A stretch of DNA of 64,000 bases from Octopus bimaculoides (taxonomy: Eukaryota), in contig NC_069000.1 in the NCBI RefSeq assembly GCF_001194135.2, positions 5,140,790 to 5,204,789 of the forward strand, given 5' to 3'. A model generated the notes under the pieces. The model did no database searches, was not told the DNA's origin, and was given only the letters and a program-made list of their open reading frames with translations. Shown in pieces: positions 26,661-40,495 of this stretch; the stretch's first letter is position 1; each line of letters starts with the position of its first letter. The translations under genes were made by a program, and so were the position numbers.

Positions 26661-27389
26661 CATCAATGTTACCAACATTGTCAAGTCAATAAAGACAGAC
26701 ACCAACACCTATCTACGAAATATAAACGAAAATTAAAGAAGCTTAACCAGTTTATATCTACTAATCATTGAAAACTAATTAAAGTAGAACATTCTCTTGA
26801 GATATTATGTATCGGTTCTGAGGTCAACGCTGCTAATGGTCAGCCATATCAATCTAAGAACTGACCACTGACCACGTAGTCGATGTGTAGGCTCTGTCTT
26901 AATACGTAATGCATTTACGCCAATAACGTCTTCACTAATTCACCTATGTATCATTAGGTCTAGACTATACAACATAAAGCTGTCTTTATTCGCTTACTGT
27001 TTGATATTAAAGTCTTAAATCTTATTTTAATATCAATTATTTATTGCAAAAGCGAAGACATTTCGATGTAGCCATTTTGCCTGCTCGAAATAACAGCCAA
27101 AACTCGACCCAACGAATCATGGTCTTTGTGAATCTTTTTATTTCCCTTTACTCTGCCCCGCCAGGTTAGTAAAAACATTGTCATTCTAGTGTTATATTAT
27201 TTTTGTAAAGTAATATACGTAATTATAAAATATACATATGAATGTATGTATGTATGTATATATATATTTACATTCATATACCATGTGTAATTACGTACAT
27301 GGCGTAAATTTATAAACCACACAAAGCCGTGACAATAGGGATTTTTACTATCTTTCCAAACCATTCAGTCTACCGTCTTTAGTTCTACG

Positions 27390-27850
27390 CGAATGCGTAC
27401 CAATAGTATTAAAGCTTCATCTGCTGAGAAGAAACGGAAAATTATAGAATTGGCAGAAAACTCCTCCGTAATTTGTAAGGATGAAAATATTTCAATAAAA
27501 AGCGAAATTAGGTTGAAGCCGCGCTGTTGGTGAATCAACTATCCGTAAAATTATTCATATTTCAAAAGTTTATGAAGAAAAGGGACAGTGTTCTGCTTCA
27601 TCAACGAATTGCCAAAGAAGAAACAGAGGCATGGCAATGATTGATGTGGAACGTTACTGATCTTGTTCGAAGACTGCAATCAAAAGCGCATTTCTTTGGG
27701 TCGAGCGACCATCAAAACGGAGTCTGTCATTTTGTTTGCTGCAATCGAAGACACAAAGACAACTGAAATAAGGAACCGAAACTAAAGAGGTAACTAAACG
27801 AAACCTTTACTAGAAGTTACGGATGGGTAGATTGATCTCGAAAACAAACT
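27390..27850 (+). mobile_element. Tigger/pogo-like DNA transposon, decayed N-terminal (CENP-B-type HTH) transposase fragment
   Basis: EKKRKIIELAEN ... EDCNQKRISLGRATIKTE ... FTRSYGWVD* match the Tigger motifs EDxNQKRIPLS and F.AS.GWF. Contains stops and frameshifts. Confidence 0.75.
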
Positions 27851-28425
27851 GGAATGTTCCTGGCTTTGGATAAAAGAAAATGCACGAGGATCAGTTAATT
27901 AGGATTTTATTCAATATAACCCCCTCATAGATTCACACACTAATTGCGGCGGTCCTTCAGTTTTTCTAAGCCCTGTGAAAGAACTCGTAAGGTTGGGTCA
28001 ACAACGAAGTTTTTATCGACACCCTTAAACTCAGCAGATGTTTTGCGCCCCTCCCTCCCCCCAGTATTCTCGGACAATCTGCAATTCCGTATTTTGTGAA
28101 GTTTCCTGATAAATATATCGGAATGCTCCGCTGTGGTTTGGTTTCGAAAGGTGCACACTCGGCGTTTGCTTTTAGGATATTTGTTAATCTGTACAATGTA
28201 AACGGTCTTTTAGTCGCACGTTGCTTAGTGAAGAACAAAAGGTATATTTCGTAAGAGAACATTTTTTCAAAAGAAAAAAAAAAAAATGGAAAACGAAAAA
28301 CGAATAACAAACAAAAATAAGACGGAAAGAAAACGTACAGATATATTTGGTAAACAGACTTACGCACGTTTATGTAGTGAATGTTCAAATTCAAATGCGA
28401 CAGCCGTTATAATAATAATAATAAC

Positions 28426-28481
<56 letters not shown>

Positions 28482-29716
28482 GAAAAACAACAAATATATA
28501 AATGTATGTGGTTACAAGAAATTGAATATTATTTTAAATACGAACAAACATATCAAACAGATCAGGTACGTCGATGTGGGATTTTTATTAAGCTGTTTGT
28601 GAAATGGCTGTATAGTTTTACAAAATGGTTACAAGTCTAGATCAATGGAACCTTTTAAAGGAGACGAAATCACATGACATGAGATTACAAAAATGCTATT
28701 ACTCGCTAAAATTCCAGTGTAAACAACGACTACATTTTCGCGTTTAAGCCGTTAAGTAATGGTTTTCGTAAATGTTCCATAGTGACAATAGAGAAAAATA
28801 TCCGATACGGACAAGTTGTATCTACCGGTTGGAGAATATAAACATTAATGAAGGGACTGCGTCGGCATAGCCATGATCTTGGTCAGTGAAATAAGAACAT
28901 AGAACTAAAAATGATGCACAAAATTCAAGTATATGCATCCACACATACACACACATAGACATACTTACGTATGTGCAAATGAGTGTAGGCATGGTGAAAT
29001 CTTTTTGCCAACGTAATGTGGCGGTCCTGCGCAGGACCATGTTACTGTCTTTTAACTTTAGAAAACCATGTTTTGCAACTGGCTATCTACTCGTGATCTG
29101 TGTCTGAAATATATTATGAGCAAAGGAACGTAATTCTAGCCACTAGCAGTACCAACAGGCCAATGGTTTCTTGCTAAATTCCCGTCGTCGGTGCTGGACA
29201 ACCGGGGGAAGTGGAGGAAGGGGAGGAAGGAATGTTGAACCATTCCTCCACTTGCAGTCAAATCGCCCTCTCTGGAATGTTCATAATTCTTTCCTCACCC
29301 TCCTCCCCATCCCCCACAAATCCCCCTCTCAGGAATGTTCAAAATCCTCCCTTCGCCCCNNNNNNNNNNNNNNNNNNNNNNNNNNNNNGCTCAAATCCCT
29401 CTCTCTTGAATATTCTAAAATCCATAAATATCACAGAACCTTTTTACTCAGAGTTCATCTTTCCCGTTCGTCGGAGAGTTGTAATTAAGAATCGGACACG
29501 AAATTAAATTTATATTTATAAATATATTATATAAATTAACAATACAAATTTGAATTTGGCTTCTTTTCATTGGTCGTTTGAACAAGCAGATTTCTTTTGT
29601 GATATTTTTTGTTAAGTTCTTGTGATGCTTTTGCAGTCTTATTTATAAATCATATTACTCTACCTTCGGTATTCCAGTACTGTTTCATATTTATGTGCTT
29701 CTTCCGACATATGTAC

Positions 29717-29727
29717 CTGCGATACAT
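29717..29727 (-). CDS. Coding exon 1 (ATG TAT CGC AG; M-Y-R-R) of a predicted 175-aa secreted helical protein
   Basis: Minus strand reads gag ATG TAT CGC AG|gtacat. The phase-2 GT donor matches the phase-2 start of the next exon and supplies the basic n-region (MYRR) missing from that exon's hydrophobic start. Only 11 nt, so support comes from phase and signal-peptide logic. Confidence 0.6.
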
Positions 29728-30453
29728 CTCAGATGCATTTGTCTAGCAAGCACTTTCATCTAAGATTGTTTCAAACTAAAATAATTGCAGCGCCGAAGGC
29801 ACATATTTGCCATTCAACAAGACACATAAATATTAACTTCACTTAAGCAATTTATTTTCCGGTGTCGGAACTTGCATCGCACAAATTGTAACCCGGTCAC
29901 CAGCGATACTGTACTGCATCTGCCTGGAATGTTGTGAATGACAAGGTCGCAGCTGTGACGAAGATTTTGACATATAATGATAAATCGTTAACTGAAGTTA
30001 ACAATTTTTGAGTAGTTAATATATTTCTTAAATAGATCTCGCGATAAGAAGACAATAATTCATGTATAACAGAGTTCCTAGAGAATCAAAGAGAACAGTG
30101 AAAAAATTTATCTGCTTATATAGTGATATTCAAAACCATAAATACTTAAAATTATTTAGCAGTGTAAAATAGAAATTTGGCCATATTTATATATTGTAAT
30201 ATTTCTAAAGAAACATTAAGATATATGTAATGTATAATCAGTTACAACTGGAAAACCATTATTATTTATGTTCGGAAAATATAGATGTCATAAACAGAAA
30301 TATGTTTTTCATAAACTCATTCAATTCTAGGGTGAATATGTTTCAACGGTGAAAGCAAAATATCAGATGTAGCAAAGATTTTAATTCGGATGATCATATT
30401 TTATTTATACATAGAGCGCCCGTGTATATGTGCACGTGTGTGTGTGTGTGTAT

Positions 30454-30487
<34 letters not shown>

Positions 30488-30580
30488 CAGAGAGAGTGCG
30501 TTTACACACGTATGTGTGTATACATACATGTATATACACATATATCTATGTGTGTGTATATGTATGCATATATATATACA

Positions 30581-30662
<82 letters not shown>

Positions 30663-31105
30663 CATATATATATACATACATATATATACACATACATATA
30701 TACATACATACATACATACATTCATACATACATACATACATAGATATATAGATACATACATACATACACACATACATATATATATATATGAAAATTTGCA
30801 TAGATTGATCGATAGATAAGTAGACATGTAAATATTGATATAGATAAGAGTATATATCTTAATGTGTATATGGTGTGTGGTGTGTGTGCTTTCTGTATTT
30901 CCATATGGCTAGGTGTATCTACATAGACTACTCCACCATATTCATATATGTTTGTACATTTCTCAGAGTTTATGTATACTTCGATGCAATTAATGGCATT
31001 AGCAATTTTATTGTATCAAATTTCAATTTCACACCTGCTGATAGGAATTAAACAGTTTATATAGGCAAACGATTCTCTCTCCCTCTGTCACTCTCACTCT
31101 CTCTC

Positions 31106-31146
<41 letters not shown>

Positions 31147-31156
31147 NNNNNNNNNN

Positions 31157-31194
<38 letters not shown>

Positions 31195-31622
31195 TTATAT
31201 ATATGTTTATATATATATATCTATATATACATATATATATACACATATGTGTGCGTGCGTGTGCGCGCGTGTGTGTATATATGTGTCTATATACACACTC
31301 ATATATTCATATAAATAGGCAATGTTTGTTATTTATAAAAATGCAACACTTAAAAAAAATCATTTCAACGTATTGCAGGTTCATATATATAAATATATTG
31401 TCTAACTGTTGTCCTCTCCTTGTCACTCTCTCTCTCTCTCAATCTCTTTCTCTTTCTCTCTCTCTAACTCTCTTTCTCTCTTTCTGTCTTTCTCTTACAA
31501 ACACGCCCACACACTTCAACGCACACATATATGCCTACGTATACGTGTGTTTATGCGAGTGAGAGAGCAACGTATGTTGATCTATACAAACACAAAACAT
31601 ACAAACACACATACACACAGAC

Positions 31623-31681
<59 letters not shown>

Positions 31682-32200
31682 GACACACATATATATATAT
31701 ATATATATAAATCTATATATGAAGAGAGTGAAGGAGTTTGAAAGAGTAACAAATTGAGAAAAAGAGAGAGAAATATTATTTACAAAAACTATCTTATTTA
31801 TGCACATTTTTTTCTCCTACAAGAGAAATTTATTTGCATCGTTGGTACAAATGGCCATTACGGTGGAGGCTTGAATATGCAAGATTCGAGAAGTTTCTAC
31901 TGTTATATCGTTAAACAGTGACGATTTCAAATTAACCACCGATGTGGGATGCTTTTCGACTAATGGCGATACAATTCTCTGCTCTTTAGCACTATATTCA
32001 CGTAAAATAATATATGAAGAAGCAATCCTCTGGTCACTAATAACGAATTCGTGACAGTTTGTGCAAGTGTCTTCCAGTACAACCTCGGGTCCACCACAGC
32101 CTTGTGAGTGGATTTCGTAGGCGGAAACTGCAAGTAGCCTGTCGTACACACACACACACATAGATGTATGTATATATGTATATATAAATATGTATATATA

Positions 32201-32232
<32 letters not shown>

Positions 32233-32620
32233 NNNNNNNNNNNNNNNNNNNNNNNNNNNNNNNNNNNNNNNNNNNNNNNNNNNNNNNNNNNNNNNNNNNN
32301 NNNNNNNNNNNNNNNNNNNNNNNNNNNNNNNNNNNNNNNNNNNNNNNNNNNNNNNNNNNNNNNNNNNNNNNNNNNNNNNNNNNNNNNNNNNNNNNNNNNN
32401 NNNNNNNNNNNNNNNNNNNNNNNNNNNNNNNNNNNNNNNNNNNNNNNNNNNNNNNNNNNNNNNNNNNNNNNNNNNNNNNNNNNNNNNNNNNNNNNNNNNN
32501 NNNNNNNNNNNNNNNNNNNNNNNNNNNNNNNNNNNNNNNNNNNNNNNNNNNNNNNNNNNNATATATATACACAAATACATATATGTACATACACATACAC
32601 ACACACATACACACACCCAC

Positions 32621-32688
<68 letters not shown>

Positions 32689-33532
32689 GTAAATGTATAT
32701 CTACATTCACGTATATGTAGATTCGAAACTAAGTGTCATAGCTCTCTTTGTAGAAATAACATTTCATTGACTTTTATTATAATTTAGCGCGAAGAATGAC
32801 GTAGTCATATCTCTGTTTAGTAGCAAAAGTCATTATGTATGCTCTGTGTTGTACTTATTTCAGCTAGTATCAATATATCTAATACAAGTTGTATCATAAG
32901 CTATCTGGAATTTAATTATTTTTCGTCGTATCTTATTTATTTCCGCCTTATTTCCATGAGCGTTGTAATATTCTCCAAACAAAATATGTTAACACTATTG
33001 TGAAGTTAAACTTAACATAATTAATGTAAAAGATACGTCAGTTTTATTTAAGTCTCAATATACTTATGTGTACATTTACCGTTGGATTATTTTCTGCATT
33101 TAATCGATGATAGGTTAATCACTGCTTCACGACGCATGGTAAAAGTTTTAAATCTTATTGATGATGTCGAATCAACAATAAAAATCATCTCTCTTCTCTG
33201 TTTACACGTTGGTTGTACTCCTTACAAGGAAATGTAAGGTGCTGTTTCATTCGATGGCAAATTAATGTTGATGAAGAAGGCACGCAATTAAAGCGTAATG
33301 ATGAGAAGTCTCGCCTCCTACGATGCACGATATGCTAAAAATGGTAAGGCTTTATCCTCGAATATCACACCAGCATATTGAAATATGAAGTGCACATTGT
33401 ATTAGGTGATCATATTCGCAATGCTAACACGAAAGGAAAACGACAGCAATGGATGGGAAACAACTGAACAAAAGTGATTGAGGCAAATATAGAATTAGCA
33501 AGAAAAATTACAACAGGAAAGGCAAAAACAAC

Positions 33533-33692
33533 AACGTGGTAAGTAGCTTGCTTACCAACCACATGGTCCTGGGCTCAGTCCCACTGAGTCGCACCTTGGG
33601 AAACTGTCTCCTACTCATAGCCTCGAGCCGACCAAAGCCTTGTGAGTGGATTTGGTAGATGGAAACTGGAAGAAGCCCATCGTATATATACG
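33533..33692 (+). mobile_element. SINE family A (tRNA-like head; tail ccaaagccttgtgagtggatttggtagayggaaactg..agaagccc)
   Basis: Complete head-to-tail copy. Partial or decayed copies lie at about 1975-2130 (+), 5290-5415 (-), 12170-12275 (+), 32085-32145 (+) and 38400-38500 (-). Confidence 0.8.
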
Positions 33693-34119
33693 CACGTTAC
33701 CAATTAGACCAAAACTATTATTCAAGTGCTCAGCCTCAAATTTCTAACCTACCCACAATATTCTCCTGATATATCGTTTCTACATTATCCTCCTTTACGG
33801 TCGCTCTCTAATGATTGCTCAGCGTTTCATGCAACAACGATGTGCAAGTCAAATACACGATTCGATGAATTCTTCACCTAAAAAGCGTGTGATTTCTACC
33901 GTCAAGAAACTGGCAGGTTGATGGAATGCTAGCAAGGGGTTGTCAACATTCAAGGAGAATATATTATTATATCATTCACTGATTTGTTGATATACCTGAG
34001 AATAAATAAGGTTAAAACAAATGAAATAAAAACGAACTGACTTATTTGATAAAACAATGTATATGTTTGTGTGTATGTGCGTGCGTGTGTGTGTGTTTAT
34101 GCACATATATGTAAGCATA

Positions 34120-34205
<86 letters not shown>

Positions 34206-34698
34206 CACATATATGTAAGTATATATATGTGTATATACGTGTATGTGTGTGTATGTATATATATATATATATGTGTGTATGTGTGTGTGTGTTTGTGTTT
34301 GTGTACAGCGAGAGAGGAAAAGAGGGGGTGAGTATGTGAGGGAGTGACAGCTGCTCTTGAATTCAAATTTGCGAGTGGAGACGTTATTTTGCAGTAACCA
34401 ACATAGATTATTAGTCTGTTTTTTCGTGAATTTTTCTGTATTAAAATTCCTCTATTTTTGTTGTTTGTATTATGTTAACATCTGTTTGATATCTTTTATT
34501 AAGCCAAAAAAAAAAACGGAAAAAAACAAAAACAAAACAAACAAACAAACAAAAATAACAACAACATCGCACATAACATGATTGTGTTCGTGATTCACAA
34601 AACATCTTTTTTTTTCTTTCCTACCACCGTCAACACAATGAGTTTCACCTCCAACTCCATCCACCAGTACAAATATAACCAACACCACCAACACCACC

Positions 34699-34736
<38 letters not shown>

Positions 34737-35043
34737 CGATAACAACATCAATAATAACAAAAACTCAGTTTGGCTTTTCGAATTTAGTAACTACTTGTAA
34801 CATTGTTGTATCTTTGATTTTCGTGGAGGCTTTTGTTTAAATAAATAAAAAAAAAACGACAACAAAAAAAAACATTTTCAGAATTTTTTTCTGTATCCTT
34901 GTCTGAAATTCCAGGATAGATAAAAGGTTTTACGAAATCATTTCTTGTTTGTCTTTTCTTCTTGTAGAAATGTCGTTGGTGGCGGAGTTGTCTTTACAGA
35001 ACTTGTTTCTTTTTCTATTTTTTGTATTCTGTGGTAAATCCCT

Positions 35044-35077
<34 letters not shown>

Positions 35078-37689
35078 TAACGTATTCCTCTGTCTTCTCA
35101 TTGCGACTTTCTAGTAAAGATATAACATGAACAAACGAAAAAGATGGGGAGAAAAATCCTGCATCAACTTCAGATTATAATAAATAGCAGTTTTACTGGA
35201 AATGCTTCGACGGAAATCAAATGAAAGGAGATTAAAAGGAAATGGAAGACTATAAAACAAACTACGAGGAAGATGTTATTTATTCAACTCACAGATTGAG
35301 ACGATAAAATATGTAAAATTTTGTGCAAATAACAATAACAACATCTATAATAATAATGATAGTAATAATAATAATAATAACATTAATAATAAGGATGCTA
35401 ATAATAATGATAATATTAATGATGATGACGACGACGACGACGACGATGATGATGATGATGATGATGATAATCATGATGACATCTGTCAGGAATGATACAG
35501 GAGGAATTTATTGGAAACGAGGAACTACATATTTTATCATTCCTTGGGTTGGAATTTACCGTAATATACTTACTTGGACGAGAAACTAATTTAGACCGAA
35601 ATCTGCACCGTAAATTAATGTTTGTAATATGTATCTGTGTGTGTCTCTGTGTATATACATATGTATATATATATGTATGCATATATATATATATACAAAC
35701 ATATACGTACATACATATACATACCTACATATATTTGTATATATACATGCATATATGAGTACAGGACGTCAAAAAAGTGAACCAAATCAGAAACGGGAAC
35801 ATAAAAAACAAATACATGGAAAACGAACGTTCCCTTCATCAGTTTTCCCCTGTTCTATCTACTCCGCGTTTCGAACGTGTACATATACATACATACATAT
35901 GCATATAAATATACATACATATATGCATAAAAATATATATATATATATATATATANNNNNNNNNNNNNNNNNNNNNNNNNNNNNNNNNNNNNNNNNNNNN
36001 NNNNNNNNNNNNNNNNNNNNNNNNNNNNNNNNNNNNNNNNNNNNNNNNNNNNNNNNNNNNNNNNNNNNNNNNNNNNNNNNNNNNNNNNNNNNNNNNNNNN
36101 NNNNNNNNNNNNNNNNNNNNNNNNNNNNNNNNNNNNNNNNNNNNNNNNNNNNNNNNNNNNNNNNNNNNNNNNNNNNNNNNNNNNNNNNNNNNNNNNNNNN
36201 NNNNNNNNNNNNNNNNNNNNNNNNNNNNNNNNNNNNNNNNNNNNNNNNNNNNNNNNNNNNNNNNNNNNNNNNNNNNNNNNNNNNNNNNNNNNNNNNNNNN
36301 NNNNNNNNNNNNNNNNNNNNNNNNNNNNNNNNNNNNNNNNNNNNNNNNNNNNNNNNNNNNNNNNNNNNNNNNNNNNNNNNNNNNNNNNNNNNNNNNNNNN
36401 NNNNNNNNNNNNNNNNNNNNNNNNNNNNNNNNNNNNNNNNNNNNNNNNNNNNNNNNNNNNNNNNNNNNNNNNNNNNNNNNTATATATATATATATATGTG
36501 TGCGTCTATTATTCTATGGGCATATGAACGTCTATATTTTTATGGGCATATATATATGCATGTATATATATATCTAAGTGTATGTATAAGTATGTGTGTG
36601 TTTGTATCAAGGTATATATAAGCGTGTGCATATATTTATATGTATGTGTTTATATGTATGAGTGCGTAGTTTGCAGAGATAATTCCCATTTGGGAGACTG
36701 CTAGAAATATTGATCTATAGGAGAGAAGAGCAGAGGTGACATATATCAAACGTTAGCAATTTAATGTATTCTCTGATGTTCATTGGGAAAATTTGTAGCC
36801 GAAACTGTGTCACGCCTCTTCTGCGTGGCATAAACACGAATTTTACAATTGTATGGATAACACATTAGTAATAACTATTATAAGATTGACTAGGTGTTGT
36901 CAAAGGAAGTAACCAACGTTAGATTATCAACATCATTAAAACTCGACCAACAGTCGTTTTACACGTTATGAATTACTGAAAATGGTAAATTCTATAGGCT
37001 GTCTCTCATGGCTTTAAGAGCTTGAAAAGGAAGATAAAATTTTCGTTGGAAATGTAGAATTTGTTTGAAATGATGCGGAGATGTGACGTATCCTGTCTGA
37101 TAGAAGTGTTCCATTCTGCTTTCATTGGCTAGAACAAAAACTAAAATATAGAACACAGCCAGACTAAAAATTTGCGTAATTCTAATTTTGTGGTTTCTGT
37201 TGATTAAATGCTTCAACTGAAAGTAATAAAAATGCAGTATACCATTTTTATTAACTGACAAAGTTCGTTCGAATATTCGCATGTTCGTAGATTTAGTCTC
37301 CATCTACAGTAACTCATCTTCCTGTTCTTCTACACTGCAGACAAATAATTGGCTCCAAGCAGCAGCAATGTATCCTCGTAAAGTTCTTAACAAAGGAGTG
37401 TTGAAGTCTGTGCGACACACACTGATCGCTGAAGAATAAATGGAAATGATACTCCAGACATATGCAATGTGCACATATACATGAAATTTAAAGATTAAAG
37501 AAAGGAAAATAGCATTAAGTTAAAACCTCATTACAAGAGACAAACAACAGCGCCTACTGACACGAACTGTCAGGGCCTAGACGAATTGATTCGGGTCGAG
37601 AAACCTGTAATAGTGCTGACCGTCACTCATGACCGAATATGGTCTTGTATAAGGGATTTGTTTTTTTAAATTTTTTTTATTAATTGATC

Positions 37690-37812
37690 TCGGCTTTCAT
37701 CCTTTCGGGGTTGATTAAATAAGTACCAGTTATGCACTGGAGTCAATGTAATCAACTTAATCCCTTCTCCGAAATTTGAGGCCTTATCCTTCCAGCAGAA
37801 TGAATTATTCTT
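37690..37812 (+). mobile_element. SINE family B, 3' half
   Basis: ggctttcatcctttcggggttgattaaataagtaccagttatgcactggagtcaatgtaatcaac. Confidence 0.8.
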
Positions 37813-39281
37813 AGACAAGAATAACATTGACAATGACTGTTTCTTGCCAGTTAAGCTATCGTCAGTCTGCGATGCATTGAAATTAAACTTGTGTTTATAT
37901 AGTCTCGTTTTTTCAGTTAAAATCTTCTTTGCGTATGTGTGTTTCAGCGGATTGGTAATTAGGTTGTGTTAGATACTTGTTTTGGGGAAGATTTTATTGA
38001 TTAAATTTGAGATTATGTAATTGTTTAAAATTTATTCATGCATGTAGAACTTTACAAGCTTGAATAGCTTCTAAAGAGTGAGATAAACCCAAATGTTAAC
38101 ATTAAAAATTTCTCCAGCGTACCTCTCTATCACAACGCACCTCACAATCTAATTACCACTCCATTGAAGCCTACAAACGTAAGGAAGATTTTAACTTATC
38201 ATGATTAACTAAAAGGCATCGCAGTCCGATGATGGTTTAGTTACTAGAAACTTCGAAGTCACTCCCAATAAACTTCTTGTATAATAACGATAATGCAGTC
38301 CAGGAGATTAATGGATAATCGTTTTTATTAGAACAGAGAGAGAAGACGAACTTCTTTCAGTTTCCATCTACCGGAAACTACTTCCATGACATTGGTTATC
38401 CCACGCTTGAGAAGAAAATACTTCCTCAAGGTGCCGCTCAGTGGCACTGAGCCCAACTCCACATTATTGGAAAGTAAACTGCTTCAGCACAAAACCGTGA
38501 ATTTGCCAGTAAAAATAAAAATAAACCATGCATTCGCCTGTTTAGTTAAATGTACGAATCGATTATTTTCTTTAAAACAAAAACAGCGAATAATTTGGAA
38601 GGTTATTTGGCTGCTATTGGAGAAAGTTGAATGAGTATACATCTGTTTCAGACCTATATCACTGGAATGGTAGCGAATTAATCGGTAACCATTTTAGAAA
38701 AGAAAAAAGTTTCTAAATGAAAAAAAAAAGAGAAAATTAGATTCAGTGGATTTGTTTAAAAGTTCAATAATTGTAAAGCCACATCTGCAATGGAGATCAA
38801 TCGATACGTTGTTAGAATATTTAATATTATAACACCTAAATGAATTATCAGTATGAAGAAGATAATTATTTTTTGGTCTTCTTTAGCTTATACAAATTTA
38901 TGGAATATGTATGGAAAAAAAAAGTTTGCAAATGTATAAATATGTTANNNNNNNNNNNNNNNNNNNNNNNNNNNNNNNNNNNNNNNNNNNNNNNNNNNNN
39001 NNNNNNNNNNNNNNNNNNNNNNNNNNNNNNNNNNNNNNNNNNNNNNNNNNNNNNNNNNNNNNNNNNNNNNNNNNNNNNNNNNNNNNNNNNNNNNNNNNNN
39101 NNNNNNNNNNNNNNNNNNNNNNNNNNNNNNNNNNNNNNNNNNNNNNNNNNNNNNNNNNNNNNNNNNNNNNNNNNNNNNNNNNNNNNNNNNNNNNNNNNNN
39201 NNNNNNNNNNNNNNNNNNNNNNNNNNNNNNNNNNNNNNNNNNNNNNNNNNNNNNNNNNNNNNNNNNNNNNNNNNNNNNNNN

Positions 39282-39312
<31 letters not shown>

Positions 39313-40324
39313 TGTGTGTGTGTGTGTGTGCGCACACATATTCTGCTGTCGATAATTCTGTAACAACTACCAGATCGTACAATAATTGATTTCATGAAAT
39401 AATTTTGTTCAAACGTATACGTATGAAAGAAAAGACAAAATATTAAAAAAATATTATTTAAAAACCCTTAGAACACAACTAAGCTTTCACTGTTATAGTT
39501 TTCACTTGTAGTATCTCTAGATCTCTCTAGTATTTGAGACATCAATTATTTATTAACAATGGGCGTTATAGGGTTAACTAATTCTTGGACGACATCTGCA
39601 ACGATAAGCAGTTAGTAAGTAGGTGCCGGAATATTTAATGCCGAAAAGCATTAAATGGTGAATGAGAGAAGAATATAGTATATAACGAAAAATATAATCA
39701 ATATTGTTCTTTGACAACATTTTGTCTCTTATGTATTATTAATACTGGCATATGTCGTTATATGCTTCTGATGCAAACATGTAAATTATATACGTTTCGT
39801 TTTATTAAGCGCAAATTTTCATAATGGAATATTACGAAACTTAACAGTGTTTTTTTTTTGTTTTTTTAATAAAACAGCCATAATGATTTCGTTGATTTTT
39901 TTGTTTTTTCGTTAAGAATCGAAACTGGAATTTGAGTTCGATACCAACGTGGGGTACATAAGGTACCTACTTATGTGGGCGTTTGTTATCATCTCATCCT
40001 AGTCTAATCAAAGGCTGGTAACTGAGAGATTCTGTGGAATTGGCGGAGACCATATGGGAAAGAGGCGTTTGCATATGTTCTATTGTACTTTTACTTGTTT
40101 CAATCATTTGACTGTGACCATACTGGAGCACCAGCATTTACTCGAACAAATTAATCTCTCAGTCTCTCTCACCATCATTCATTCTCTCTCTCTCACAATT
40201 CTCTCTCTCTCTAACTCTCTCTAGCTCTCTCTCATTCTCTTTCTCACTTATTCTCTCTCTCCCTCTCTCTCTCTCTCTCTGTCCCTCCACCTGGCACATA
40301 CTGGATGTGCTGCTAGGTCAAACA

Positions 40325-40495
40325 TTGAACTTGGGAGTGTTTCCACAATCTTCTGGTTTTCGGTGCCTGTAGAGTGGGTAACCCTCATCTCCCGTATGTT
40401 TCTCGTGGATAAATTCCCTGGGGAACCGCTTGATTCACTTCTTGTGCTCCATGCACGATGATAAACGGAGGGTGAATGGGTTATTTTCCTTGGCT
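40325..40495 (-). mobile_element. Helitron Rep/helicase fragment
   Basis: Minus strand gives SSCMEHKK*IKRFPREFIHEKHTGDEGYPLYRHRKPEDCG, matching the Helitron Rep motif SPCM...C.KR(F/Y)P.......TG.DGYPLYRRR.PEDGG. The conserved Cys is mutated to TGA. Confidence 0.82.

Noticed and set aside
31817-32140. About 90-codon open minus-strand frame upstream of exon 1
   Set aside because: Its 5' part is the antisense of a SINE A tail, and it has no start codon, convincing splice sites or motif.
36992-37303. 103-aa minus-strand ORF with a hydrophobic stretch and a ttactttcag acceptor
   Set aside because: No recognisable motif, AT-rich codons, and a few ORFs of this length are expected by chance in 64 kb.
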